DNA of 64,000 bases, taken from the sequence record PP813861.1, one strand, 5' to 3'. The notes beneath the pieces were generated by a model that saw only the letters and a program-made list of their open reading frames with translations, was not told where the DNA came from and ran no database searches. Of the stretch, positions 10,161 through 21,199 are shown one piece after another. A program made the position numbers and the translations under genes. Each line of letters begins with the position of its first letter. Position 1 is the stretch's first letter.

Positions 10161-12529
10161 TATACTACTTCCTCAAGTTCGATTTTCATCAGTCCAGTGG
10201 TGTTGGACACAGCGTTTGCTGAGTCACAGTTATACCACTTATTGCCATCCTTGATGGTGTAGGTGTCAACTTGATTTGCATCATCCGCCTTATAAGTGAA
10301 GTTTAAGCTACCAGTAGAACCTTTAGATAGGTTACTGCAACGTAGTTTACCAGTATTGGTTACTTCAGTACCAATATCAGTTTCACGGTTCGGCCAAGCA
10401 GCCACACTTAGAGTGCGGAATACAAATCCACCTAGTACATAAGTACCACCATTTACACTATTAGCTTCAACACCAGCTAAACCTTTTAGAACCACACTGT
10501 TAAAATCGTAGGTTCCTTTAGGATCATCGTCATGTACTAGTAATGCACGTGTCCATACCTTACCAGTGGCATCAGATTTCCAATCCTCAGTAGCCCACTT
10601 ACCGCCAGGCGCATTCATGGCCGGAGCTGCACTTAGTTTCTGAGTAGAGGTTAAAGTAATGACATGACTTTGTACTTGGGTTCCAAAGTTACCACCTGAA
10701 CGAAGGCGAGCAGCAGGGTAGGTAACCGTCGCAGTAGGTGCCGCATTTGCAATAGCCACAACAGCAGTAGCTGTAGCTACACTACCATTAGCTGCACGTT
10801 TAGCAGTAATTAATAGGTTATTAGTGCTGTCGTTATAAGTACCTGACTTATAAGTAACTACCTTAGCAATTTCTGCTTCATTTGCACTGGTTATAGTAAG
10901 CTGATCATTTGGTGAGGAATAAACCACACTATCAGCATTAGATACCGTATTGGCTACAGTAGCAGTTTCACCTACTTTAATAGCACTTTGACCAGACGGA
11001 TAAGTTACTTGACCAATATTAACAACTGGGCGAAGATCGTTTAACTGCATAGTGTTAATTTTATCTTCGGAACCAGCATCACTGGAAGTAAACCATTCTG
11101 ACCATGATCCAGTTGATTTCTGAACACGTACACGGAAACCATATGCCTTAGTAGTATTACCACGATCAGCTACGTAAAGACCAGTAACCTCTAGTTCTTT
11201 AGTAGGTGCAACAGTACCACTACTTTCTTTCAGTGCACCAAAGTCAGCAATTTCGTATGCTACTATATTTTCATCAGTAACAACTTTAATTGCAACAAGG
11301 TCATCTTCTTTAAGTTCTGTTTGACCTAACGGATAACCGCCAGTAAATACAGCACTAGTAATATTAGCGGGAGTATCGGCTAATACCTTAGTAGTGAATT
11401 TAGCCCCATCGGCGTGTTCTACAACAATATCAGCATAACCTTCAGTAGTAGGTGCACCAAGATCAATATCGGCGGTAGCAATCCACATAGGTGGATTAAC
11501 GCCAGGAGTTACAACTGCATCTACGTTATTGATTTTAACACTAGGTACATAACTAGAATGTCCAGTTATTGCATCAACGATAACCCGAACATTACTAGTA
11601 GTCGATAGGCATGACTGTACGCTGTGTCCATCAGGGGTACGCACAATACTACCTACGTTCTGACTGGGATCAGTTGCTTGTACATCTTTGACGAATACAC
11701 CGCCACTAATACCTTCGTTTTTAGGAAGGTTCTTAAGATCAACAATTGTTTCATCAACGCCTTCAACAATACGGATATTGCCGTCATTCTTGAATGCAAT
11801 GTAATCAGTTAAACTACCAATCTGGAATTCACCATTGTCATAAATACGAATTTCAGACTCAGGTAATTCGGGTAATGCACCTTGCGTAGTGGGTGCAGAG
11901 GCGTTCTTTAGATAAGAATAACCTTCTGCCTCCATACGACCTTGTTCCATCATACGCTGAGGTACTTTATCACCAGCAGTTAAGTCGTCTTGATTTAGAC
12001 GCTTATCAAACAGGAAAGCAAAGTTATGGAAAGCAGCGTTGGATGATAATCCACCATTCTTACCAGTTACACGCAGTACATCTTTAACTGTATAGCCTTG
12101 TTGATTTAAGAGTGTCTGGAGTAGTTCAGCAGTCATGGTTGCATGCAGTGATGTTAACCATTCCTGTTCAGTACCTTGGAAACCATTTTCCACAGCTACT
12201 TCATATGCACTCTTACCAGCATCACCTTTAAGGGATGCTATAAACTCTTCTTCAGTACCAACGAAGCCTAGATCGACTGCGATTTGATAAGAAGATTTAC
12301 CTTTAAGCGAATCAAGCCATTCGGTTTCAGTTCCCTGGAAACCATTTTTAACGGCAATCTCGTACGCACTAAGACCGGGTGCCCCAGTCTGTAGTTTTGA
12401 CAGCAGAAACTTATAGTTATCGACTTGACCAGCTGCATCGGTATGAATTAATTCAATATACTCGCTATCATTAAGAGTAGCTAGATCCGGCAGTTGACTG
12501 ATCTTGCCTTTGTCTGTAGCATTTGCCAT
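10160..12529 (-). CDS. Virion fibre/structural protein (about gp145)
   Basis: N-terminal KISQLP..A.L...E domain, 3x GxSAYExAVxxGFxGTExEWL repeats, beta-rich C-terminus. Confidence 0.8.
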   Translation of the reverse strand: MANATDKGKISQLPDLATLNDSEYIELIHTDAAGQVDNYKFLLSKLQTGAPGLSAYEIAVKNGFQGTETEWLDSLKGKSSYQIAVDLGFVGTEEEFIASLKGDAGKSAYEVAVENGFQGTEQEWLTSLHATMTAELLQTLLNQQGYTVKDVLRVTGKNGGLSSNAAFHNFAFLFDKRLNQDDLTAGDKVPQRMMEQGRMEAEGYSYLKNASAPTTQGALPELPESEIRIYDNGEFQIGSLTDYIAFKNDGNIRIVEGVDETIVDLKNLPKNEGISGGVFVKDVQATDPSQNVGSIVRTPDGHSVQSCLSTTSNVRVIVDAITGHSSYVPSVKINNVDAVVTPGVNPPMWIATADIDLGAPTTEGYADIVVEHADGAKFTTKVLADTPANITSAVFTGGYPLGQTELKEDDLVAIKVVTDENIVAYEIADFGALKESSGTVAPTKELEVTGLYVADRGNTTKAYGFRVRVQKSTGSWSEWFTSSDAGSEDKINTMQLNDLRPVVNIGQVTYPSGQSAIKVGETATVANTVSNADSVVYSSPNDQLTITSANEAEIAKVVTYKSGTYNDSTNNLLITAKRAANGSVATATAVVAIANAAPTATVTYPAARLRSGGNFGTQVQSHVITLTSTQKLSAAPAMNAPGGKWATEDWKSDATGKVWTRALLVHDDDPKGTYDFNSVVLKGLAGVEANSVNGGTYVLGGFVFRTLSVAAWPNRETDIGTEVTNTGKLRCSNLSKGSTGSLNFTYKADDANQVDTYTIKDGNKWYNCDSANAVSNTTGLMKIELEEVV

Positions 12530-12631
12530 TTTTATTTCCTTGCTGTATAAGAAACACTAACATGTTAGTCTTTCGAAGAAGACTCATACAGTAATGTACT
12601 ATTGCCAATGAGTAATATTTCAACAACATAA

Positions 12632-12651
12632 GAGAGTCCCGAAGGACTCTC
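12632..12651 (-). terminator. Terminator after endolysin
   Basis: GAGAGTCC-TTCG-GGACTCTC on minus strand. Confidence 0.8.
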
Positions 12652-12734
12652 AAAAAGTTACATTAGCAAAAGATGTGGTTTATCATGAGGGGAAGTTTCA
12701 CATGATACCATAGACTCCATTCTATTGCTACATC

Positions 12735-13566
<832 letters not shown>

Positions 13567-13578
13567 TGAGGGTATTAC

Positions 13579-14112
13579 TTAACTTTCTAGATAACGGATT
13601 TGACCATTTTCTAGATAACGTGCTGCGCCATTCTCTAATAGCCGGATAGTATCTGATGTATCATCAATACGTTGAATTAGTATATTACATTCGCCATAGT
13701 AAGCATAACTACTCGACATAGCTACTATCGTGTATGGAACAACATCCGTAGTTGCATTGATTGGTGTTGTATCAAATGAAACATCATCTGGTCCAAGCTT
13801 CCAACCCCGTGAACGGTTGATTTCTTCAGCAATTGCTTTAGGTGTTAAAGTACCAACTATCTTAAGGATAGATCCTTCACCAATAGCTCGTGGATCAGCA
13901 AAATCTAACCGACGGTAAGTTAACATGTACTTAATGTCAGTAGTAATGTCGATCATTTCAATAAATGTACGTCCAGGCTCAATCGTGGTTGGACTAAAAA
14001 ACATATCTTCAAATGTAACTGTTTCTGGTTTGAAGTTTATTTTTAAATCATCCCGCGCAAGTTTTACTAGCGCGTCCCTCGATGCCATGTCATACGGAAA
14101 GATATCCTGCAT
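13579..14112 (-). CDS. Virion structural protein (about gp143), YxRLDF family, with C-terminal RxLENG repeats
   Basis: YRRLDF motif; ends RLLENGAARYLENGQIRYLES. Confidence 0.75.
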   Translation of the reverse strand: MQDIFPYDMASRDALVKLARDDLKINFKPETVTFEDMFFSPTTIEPGRTFIEMIDITTDIKYMLTYRRLDFADPRAIGEGSILKIVGTLTPKAIAEEINRSRGWKLGPDDVSFDTTPINATTDVVPYTIVAMSSSYAYYGECNILIQRIDDTSDTIRLLENGAARYLENGQIRYLES

Positions 14113-14159
14113 GTCAAACCTCTATAGTGGTAAAATGTTTAATCCACATAGCATTATAA

Positions 14160-14184
14160 AGCCTTCCTCTTGAAGAGGAAGGCT
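14160..14184 (-). terminator. Terminator after the spanin/holin-candidate operon
   Basis: AGCCTTCCTCT/AGAGGAAGGCT 11-bp stem. Confidence 0.8.
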
Positions 14185-14194
14185 ATTATAGTTT

Positions 14195-14590
14195 TTATTG
14201 CATAAGCATCTTTATTAATTCAAAGGTACCTTGCACAATAGTCTTTAACACATTGGCACTTTCTTCTGACATAGGTGCACCAGATAAAACTACCATAGTA
14301 GATACTGATGCCCCAATAAGAGTAACACCACCAGCTAATACCAATACCGCATTACGGTAAGAATCTTTAGCCTTCACTTCAGCAATTTCCCGGCTGAGAA
14401 TTTTATATTGAAGATCTGAATCGGTAATAGCATAAATTAGACTAAGTACTTCCTCACCAGTTATACTTAGATTTATACGTTGTTCCTTTTCCAATACACT
14501 ATTCAAATAGGTACGTATCTTCTTTCCATAGTCTTTAGAAGAAGATAAAGGATTACCATCGATCTCAATCAGAACGTCCTCTAGGGTCAT
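14195..14590 (-). CDS. Membrane protein, holin candidate (about gp142)
   Basis: Hydrophobic segment AVLVLAGGVTLIGASVSTMVVL; lies between spanins and endolysin; start revised to ATG 14590. Confidence 0.45.
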   Translation of the reverse strand: MTLEDVLIEIDGNPLSSSKDYGKKIRTYLNSVLEKEQRINLSITGEEVLSLIYAITDSDLQYKILSREIAEVKAKDSYRNAVLVLAGGVTLIGASVSTMVVLSGAPMSEESANVLKTIVQGTFELIKMLMQ

Positions 14591-14927
14591 GACTATTCTC
14601 CAAATTACGTTGACGTTCGTTCCATTCACGCAATTTGTCTACTTGGATATTACATAGTCCAAGTGCATCAGTTTGTAAAAGCCAATGTTCGGTCATAAGT
14701 AAGAAACGTGCTTCATTCTCATCAGTAACCCCAACAGCTTTATATCTATCTAATGCATTGATGATCTCATTAGCTGTAGGTGGGGCTTCCACATCGCAAG
14801 GGAGAAGTAAACTACTTGGGATTGCAACTGGTATTTTCACGGGAGGCGGCACAGTAGTGCTCGTACATCCGTTTAGCAATAGCATTAATAGACTTATTAA
14901 TGTTATCTTTTTTTGTGTCAGTTTCAT
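14565..14927 (-). CDS. o-spanin (Rz1-like outer-membrane lipoprotein)
   Basis: MKLTQKKITLISLLMLLLNG|C lipobox, Pro-rich segment, extra Cys; overlaps the i-spanin 3' end. Confidence 0.85.
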   Translation of the reverse strand: MKLTQKKITLISLLMLLLNGCTSTTVPPPVKIPVAIPSSLLLPCDVEAPPTANEIINALDRYKAVGVTDENEARFLLMTEHWLLQTDALGLCNIQVDKLREWNERQRNLENSHDPRGRSD

Positions 14928-15318
14928 GTTTAATCTCAGTAGTGGTGCTTTCCCCATTAGTTGTTTTAGCTTTAACCTCAGGCCATACAGGTGGAGTATA
15001 TCCACGACCTGATAAACTAATGTACTCATCAATCACCTCAGTGCGTGATTGCGCCTGCTCTTTTTGTATCTCTTTCTTTTTAGTAATTAGTTCAGCTTGA
15101 ATTTTATCGGAGATACGATCTGATTCAATCCTAACCTTTTCTGCCGCTTCATAAGATTTAATTTTTCCAATTAAATCTGTAGAGCGAACAAGTTCCGTCT
15201 CATAACTATTTTTGTAATATATGATACCAATTAAGGCACCTATCAGAATAACTAATAGTAACCATATATGCAATGGCACGCTACCAATTATTTTTCGTAT
15301 ACCTGCTAATAGGAACAT
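14812..15318 (-). CDS. i-spanin (Rz-like inner-membrane protein, about gp141)
   Basis: N-terminal TM (IWLLLVILIGALIGIIYY), coiled-coil periplasmic domain, C-terminal Cys pair. Confidence 0.82.
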   Translation of the reverse strand: MFLLAGIRKIIGSVPLHIWLLLVILIGALIGIIYYKNSYETELVRSTDLIGKIKSYEAAEKVRIESDRISDKIQAELITKKKEIQKEQAQSRTEVIDEYISLSGRGYTPPVWPEVKAKTTNGESTTTEIKHETDTKKDNINKSINAIAKRMYEHYCAASRENTSCNPK

Positions 15319-15333
15319 TATTACCTCGAATTG

Positions 15334-15897
15334 TTAAACAATCCTAGTAAGGTAGTAGTAAGCTATCGCACAAGCATCCATAGAGTGGTCATCTAGACTA
15401 TCTATATCGATGTTCCATGTGATGTCAGTACGAGAACGCATTGCTTCTTTAACATCATCTTTAGTAGTACCCTTTACTTTTTTCATACCCGCATTGATTT
15501 TAACTGTAGTAGGATCAATCATGTATAAAGGTATAAATCTATCATACTCGTATAATGCTCTATGTACATAGGTCACACATTCTACAAGTACAGCGAAGCT
15601 TTGGGCAAACTTACCAAGATAGTTAGACTCTACAATAACTGCATGTGGTTTTTCAGTATGTAGTATATTTAGTACCACATCACTCATTTGCTGCATTCTA
15701 GTAAATCTACTACCATGAACCTCGGAGATGGCAGCATATGCCGGATTTGTATCTTTAAGGTGGCAGGTAAATGCATTACGTACCACCTTATTACTTCCAT
15801 CCAACTTATCTTCCAGAATAGCTATGCCGAGGTTTTGTGAACCAGGGTCTAATGCTAGTACCCGAAATGGCTCATCACTCGCTGGAAGCTTAAGCAT
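15334..15897 (-). CDS. ruvC: RuvC-like Holliday junction resolvase (about gp140)
   Basis: VLALDPGSQNLG, VIVE, KDDV, DACAIA catalytic motifs. Confidence 0.88.
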   Translation of the reverse strand: MLKLPASDEPFRVLALDPGSQNLGIAILEDKLDGSNKVVRNAFTCHLKDTNPAYAAISEVHGSRFTRMQQMSDVVLNILHTEKPHAVIVESNYLGKFAQSFAVLVECVTYVHRALYEYDRFIPLYMIDPTTVKINAGMKKVKGTTKDDVKEAMRSRTDITWNIDIDSLDDHSMDACAIAYYYLTRIV

Positions 15898-15899
15898 AT

Positions 15900-16826
<927 letters not shown>

Positions 16827-16862
16827 TTAGTACACTGTACTATTGAGTAAATTTGTAAGAGT

Positions 16863-16882
16863 TCCCCTCCATGTGGAGGGGA
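16863..16882 (-). terminator. Terminator
   Basis: TCCCCTCC/GGAGGGGA stem. Confidence 0.75.
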
Positions 16883-16891
16883 TTTATGCTG

Positions 16892-17380
16892 TTAAGCAAA
16901 TTTTTCAGGAGCACCACGTACCATTACACAGATCCATGATTGTCCATTATGGGAACGTTTTACTTCATGTAATTGGGATAGATGGAATACTAATCCTTCA
17001 CCTTTTCCAATTAATAGTTCCTCACCATCTAAAATGAACTTAGCATCAGGTCCAATATTCCAAGCAAGAATAGTACCGGACTCGGGTTTATCTACCCAAT
17101 AATTCATCTCATCTAGAAATCCATCTATTTTGGGGAAATCTAAAAACCATACTTGTAGTGCTTTGTTAAATAGTTCTTCGCCTAAAATTGGTTTAATTTC
17201 TTTACGCTGTTTAGCAGTCCAATTAAACCATTTTGAAGTATTATAAACACTACATGCTTTAAGGCCATTAGTGCCAACTCGCATACGGTGGCCATATGAG
17301 TCTCTAAATGAAACTTCGCCTTTAAGCTTTGTTAATGTTTTTAGTTCTGCCTTAGATAGAGTCTTAAGTTTAATTGCCAT
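16892..17380 (-). CDS. Degenerate double-stranded beta-helix (2OG-Fe(II) oxygenase-like) protein (about gp138)
   Basis: GEGLVFHLSQLHEVK distal-His motif; no HxD. Confidence 0.5.
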   Translation of the reverse strand: MAIKLKTLSKAELKTLTKLKGEVSFRDSYGHRMRVGTNGLKACSVYNTSKWFNWTAKQRKEIKPILGEELFNKALQVWFLDFPKIDGFLDEMNYWVDKPESGTILAWNIGPDAKFILDGEELLIGKGEGLVFHLSQLHEVKRSHNGQSWICVMVRGAPEKFA

Positions 17381-17388
17381 GTTGTACC

Positions 17389-17871
17389 CTACTCGTAGAG
17401 ATATATAAGGACGTATCTTTTATTTTTAACTGGAGGGACTTCATGTGGCTCTGAACGGATTGGAAAAATAGTAGCCCTACCTGGTACATCCTGATAAAAC
17501 TCACCATTGATCGTTATACCATCGCCATTGTCATTTAATGCAATAACCATGTTGTAACGATAAACAGCTTGGTCGATGTGTTCAGGCATACCTGTACCAA
17601 TTTCATATCGGTTGATTAGAACTTCGCCTAACCAAGCACCTTCTACCTTAGGTGCAATATGAAATAGTAATTCCCGTAATTCCATTGGCATTTGGTTATG
17701 CCCTAAAAACCAATAATCACACTCAGTGATACCTTTGGTTGGGATACTATTAATTTTTTTCCGATTAAACCACCAGGAATCTCCTAGTGTATCCAGATAA
17801 GATACAAGGTCAGCTGCAAATTCAGCTGAAAACACGTCCTTGGTCGATCTTTCGTGGGCCGATAAGCTCAT
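17389..17871 (-). CDS. 2OG-Fe(II) dioxygenase-like protein (about gp137)
   Basis: Y..G.GMPEHID...PHEV...KRYVL: HxD...H...R; ORF open to 17949, start chosen at ATG with AGGTG SD. Confidence 0.75.
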   Translation of the reverse strand: MSLSAHERSTKDVFSAEFAADLVSYLDTLGDSWWFNRKKINSIPTKGITECDYWFLGHNQMPMELRELLFHIAPKVEGAWLGEVLINRYEIGTGMPEHIDQAVYRYNMVIALNDNGDGITINGEFYQDVPGRATIFPIRSEPHEVPPVKNKRYVLIYLYE

Positions 17872-18424
17872 GCAGGCCACCTGCATATCGATGTGCTTTC
17901 TCAGCGTCGAGATCTTCCCTGGATTTATAGATAACGTCTGGGCTCTCAATTAGGGCCTCCTTATGCGCGCGATTAGTTCGTTTAACAAGATCAATATAAT
18001 CAAGCATTTCTTCTAGTTCATCTAACTCTTGACCATATTTTTCAGCTAGCTGTTTAATTGCACGTGCAAGGATATTAATTTGCTCAGTCACTGGATAGCG
18101 TTCAGTAATTTTGTAGGCCACTTTACTATTTAAGTGATCTTCAGTAATCACTTGTGGCGCTTCTTCTTTAGGAACAATCTTCCAATCGGAAAGTGTAGGT
18201 TGTTTACCAGGTGTATTACTTACGACTACATCATAAGTACCCATTTCGGCTTCAACAAAAATGGTGTGCTCACGTGACTTAGCATCGAATGCATCTAAAG
18301 GTAGATAGCCTACGCTTTGTAGGAATACCTCAGAAGTACGGTTAAACATTAATAGTACTTTTACTTTATCTTCAGTAGGCGCAGTAGCTAAAGATAGTTC
18401 TTGGAGTGATAACGGATTATTCAT
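17822..18424 (-). CDS. Tail-fibre-associated/chaperone-like protein (about gp136)
   Basis: Follows the fibre paralogues; ITERYPVTEQINIL helical motif; start overlaps gp135 stop. Confidence 0.5.
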   Translation of the reverse strand: MNNPLSLQELSLATAPTEDKVKVLLMFNRTSEVFLQSVGYLPLDAFDAKSREHTIFVEAEMGTYDVVVSNTPGKQPTLSDWKIVPKEEAPQVITEDHLNSKVAYKITERYPVTEQINILARAIKQLAEKYGQELDELEEMLDYIDLVKRTNRAHKEALIESPDVIYKSREDLDAEKAHRYAGGLHELIGPRKIDQGRVFS

Positions 18425-19815
18425 TATACAAGTGCTCCAGCTCGAATCATCCAACGCCATGTACCATTATTTCTAACTGCTACATATTGCTGGTAATAAT
18501 AGGCTTCAAAGGGGGTATTAGTTCTAACACCTACAACAGCGTAAGTGCCTTCAGGATATTTGGTATTATCTGTAAACATCGTATTTAACGTGTTTAATGC
18601 TTCTGCTTCACTATTTACCTGACCTAAGGTAATGGCTTTAATCTTATCTTTGTTCCACTCTTTAAAAGCTTCAACCCAGTCTTGCCAAGTACCATCGCTT
18701 GCTAGATAATATCTCTCAGGGTCATTTAATATTGATGCATTACCTTTACCTAATGCATTCCATTTAAATACGCCACTAGTTACTTCTTCAGCTGGAATAT
18801 CTTTTCGAACATCATTCCAGAAATTCTGATATACCTTACCTGTTCCAGTAACTGGATAACCCTGACTATTAGTAGTAGCACCAATAGTGGTCGCATTAGC
18901 AGCTTGTTCATTAATACCTAATAATGGAGTTATTTTAGAATCCATCACTGGTTTGGTATATGATCCAACTTGGTCAGCTGTGACAGCATGTGGGTTATTA
19001 AAGTTTTTAATATGTGCTGCAAGTTTAGCCAACGTATCAATATTAAGAATACGATAAATACCACCAATTGGCATGTATTTATTATTTACGTTTCTATTAA
19101 CTGACTCAGCTTCAGTAGCAAAACCCCAGTTGGATATCTTATCAAGCGGTGGAATTAACTTGAATCGATCATCAGCATGCGGATTATTATAATCAGTTAA
19201 GTGTGCTGTAACTCGATCTCTATAATCGTCCACAGCGGTTTTTGCATCAGTGAGATAAACTTTATAATAATCATCGGCAGCATTATCCATGGCACTTCTA
19301 CCGACCCGATAAGCATGTGCTATTCGGTTTAATTCAGTTACCATTGTATCTGTGCCATAAATCTGCCAATATTCATGGCCGTGAGGTGCAGGCGGATATG
19401 CATCGGGTTTACCAATAATATCATCCCAAGTGAAACTTAATTCATCTAATTCAAGTTTATCAAAAACAGCTTTAAGTTCTAATGCTGAAATACTAAAGAA
19501 ACCACCAACTGCTCTATATGTAACTTGGACATTAGGACTAACATTAGGATCAGTTACTACAACAATACCCATTACTTCTAAGCCAGTCATTTCAGATAAC
19601 TGTGAATAAAGATAGGTTGTTTTATATTGATCTTTGTTTAAAGATAAACCAGTCTTCTTATCACGTAGATTAAAGTCCTTAGTATAAAAACCACCATGTG
19701 TACACATAAGTACGCGATGTGTTTTATTATTGACTTGAATAAGTGTGTGATCCTCATCTACAATGTAATTAGATGCTAATTTAGCTTTTAGATCTAATGG
19801 TAAAAAAGTAATCAT
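18424..19815 (-). CDS. Tail fibre/baseplate family protein (about gp135)
   Basis: Paralogue of gp131/133/134; NPH repeats. Confidence 0.8.
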   Translation of the reverse strand: MITFLPLDLKAKLASNYIVDEDHTLIQVNNKTHRVLMCTHGGFYTKDFNLRDKKTGLSLNKDQYKTTYLYSQLSEMTGLEVMGIVVVTDPNVSPNVQVTYRAVGGFFSISALELKAVFDKLELDELSFTWDDIIGKPDAYPPAPHGHEYWQIYGTDTMVTELNRIAHAYRVGRSAMDNAADDYYKVYLTDAKTAVDDYRDRVTAHLTDYNNPHADDRFKLIPPLDKISNWGFATEAESVNRNVNNKYMPIGGIYRILNIDTLAKLAAHIKNFNNPHAVTADQVGSYTKPVMDSKITPLLGINEQAANATTIGATTNSQGYPVTGTGKVYQNFWNDVRKDIPAEEVTSGVFKWNALGKGNASILNDPERYYLASDGTWQDWVEAFKEWNKDKIKAITLGQVNSEAEALNTLNTMFTDNTKYPEGTYAVVGVRTNTPFEAYYYQQYVAVRNNGTWRWMIRAGALV

Positions 19816-21188
19816 TATGCCGGTTCCCCTATATTAGTCCACGTTGATCCAACTTTACGTAGGAATAGAGTATTCCTATAGGAAGTAGCTGTTGTACCAT
19901 TGCCATGTCCAATAACGAATTCTTGATCGTAATGGCAAATAGCTAATGAACCAGGCCACCATTGTTCAGGATCTGAGAAGTATGTGTTATGGAAGGCAAT
20001 TGCTTCTTGAATAGATTTAAAGTTGGTGTTATTCCAGTGGACCATCGTCCCTGTTTTTTGGAAGCGATTAAATATAAAACCGAAATGAGTCCATTGACCA
20101 TTAGGCATCAATGTCCAATCACGGCCTGGCCAGGTAGCTGAATTACCAATCCTACCAGGTGCTAGTCGACCAGTCGTCAATACACTTAAAGGCATTTTAG
20201 CACGTACTGTTTCACCCATGCTATAAACATCTTGACCAAATAAAAGTTTAGACGTATTGGCTGTTTTACCTTTATCTAATTTTTGATTTAGTAAAATATT
20301 AGCTTGAGTAACAGTATACGTATTTAATTGTTCAGCCGTTACCCTGTGTGGGTTAGTGGTGACATCATTAACGTGTGCCAGATATTGAACTGTATAATTG
20401 GTATCAACTGATAACTTCATTGACCATGGCGTAGCATAGACATTCATGATAGCGCCATTTGGCTGTTTGGCTTGTGTTTCAGTTGCAATGCCAGCATTAT
20501 AAACATTACCTAATGCCACTTGCCCTTTACGTGTCTGGTGTGGGTTAGTGGTGGTATCATTGATGTGTGTAGTAAGTCGTGCTTCAATTGTATTAAGATC
20601 AGCTTCTATTAGACTTAACTGATATTTAAACTCATCTAAAATGGAGTCATATGAGTCTGATGAGCTTTTCTTTAATAAGTCAGTTATTTCTTTTAACTTA
20701 ACAACTCTAGGCGTAAAACCATAAAGTTCCCAATAGGCATGCATATGTCCATTAGGTTTAAATTGGTCAGGAATATCTAAAATATTAGACCAATGTGGTT
20801 TACGGGTATTATTTAAAAGAGCGTTAGCATGCTCAGATATGGAAGGGGAAAGGTTACAGTATATACCACCGCACATCTGAGCATCAATGTAAATATCCTC
20901 GTGGACATCTTGTTTTGTAATAACAATTACTGAACACGCTTCAAGTCCAGTCTTCTCGATTACTTCTGGATTAATACCAGTACACTGATAATCCATTTCT
21001 GGATTTAACTCATTCTGCCTACCATCTCTGATAACCATTCCTTTAGTGTAAAAGTAACCCTTATCCATCACGATGATGCGATAGGGGAATCCTTTCTGTT
21101 TTGCTAGTGAATGGTATTCACCCTTTGTTCGGTTACTATAACTCTCTCCAGTTTCATCAAATGGAAGAGGTAAAAGTAATGGATTCAT
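19815..21188 (-). CDS. Tail fibre/baseplate family protein (about gp134)
   Basis: PLPFDETG N-terminus, NPH repeats. Confidence 0.8.
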   Translation of the reverse strand: MNPLLLPLPFDETGESYSNRTKGEYHSLAKQKGFPYRIIVMDKGYFYTKGMVIRDGRQNELNPEMDYQCTGINPEVIEKTGLEACSVIVITKQDVHEDIYIDAQMCGGIYCNLSPSISEHANALLNNTRKPHWSNILDIPDQFKPNGHMHAYWELYGFTPRVVKLKEITDLLKKSSSDSYDSILDEFKYQLSLIEADLNTIEARLTTHINDTTTNPHQTRKGQVALGNVYNAGIATETQAKQPNGAIMNVYATPWSMKLSVDTNYTVQYLAHVNDVTTNPHRVTAEQLNTYTVTQANILLNQKLDKGKTANTSKLLFGQDVYSMGETVRAKMPLSVLTTGRLAPGRIGNSATWPGRDWTLMPNGQWTHFGFIFNRFQKTGTMVHWNNTNFKSIQEAIAFHNTYFSDPEQWWPGSLAICHYDQEFVIGHGNGTTATSYRNTLFLRKVGSTWTNIGEPA

Positions 21189-21199
21189 CTAAACTATCC

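Noticed and set aside
12555-12600. Small AGTCTT/AAGACT hairpin and TATG in the gp145 leader
   Set aside because: Only 6 bp; compatible with an ordinary late 5' UTR, not distinctive enough.
13681-13688. TATATTAC on the plus strand inside gp143, and at 47683-47676 on the minus strand
   Set aside because: Both are intragenic and lack the TTAA element spaced 4 nt upstream in the three credible early promoters; an AT-rich 8-mer is expected by chance. The 47676 site remains a weak possibility.
14565-15032. Longer ORF-track starts for several genes (15032, 14629, 18460, 46715, 47697, 48176, 50316, 50788)
   Set aside because: Internal ATGs have better SD sequences, avoid long overlaps and, for the o-spanin, give a proper signal peptide.
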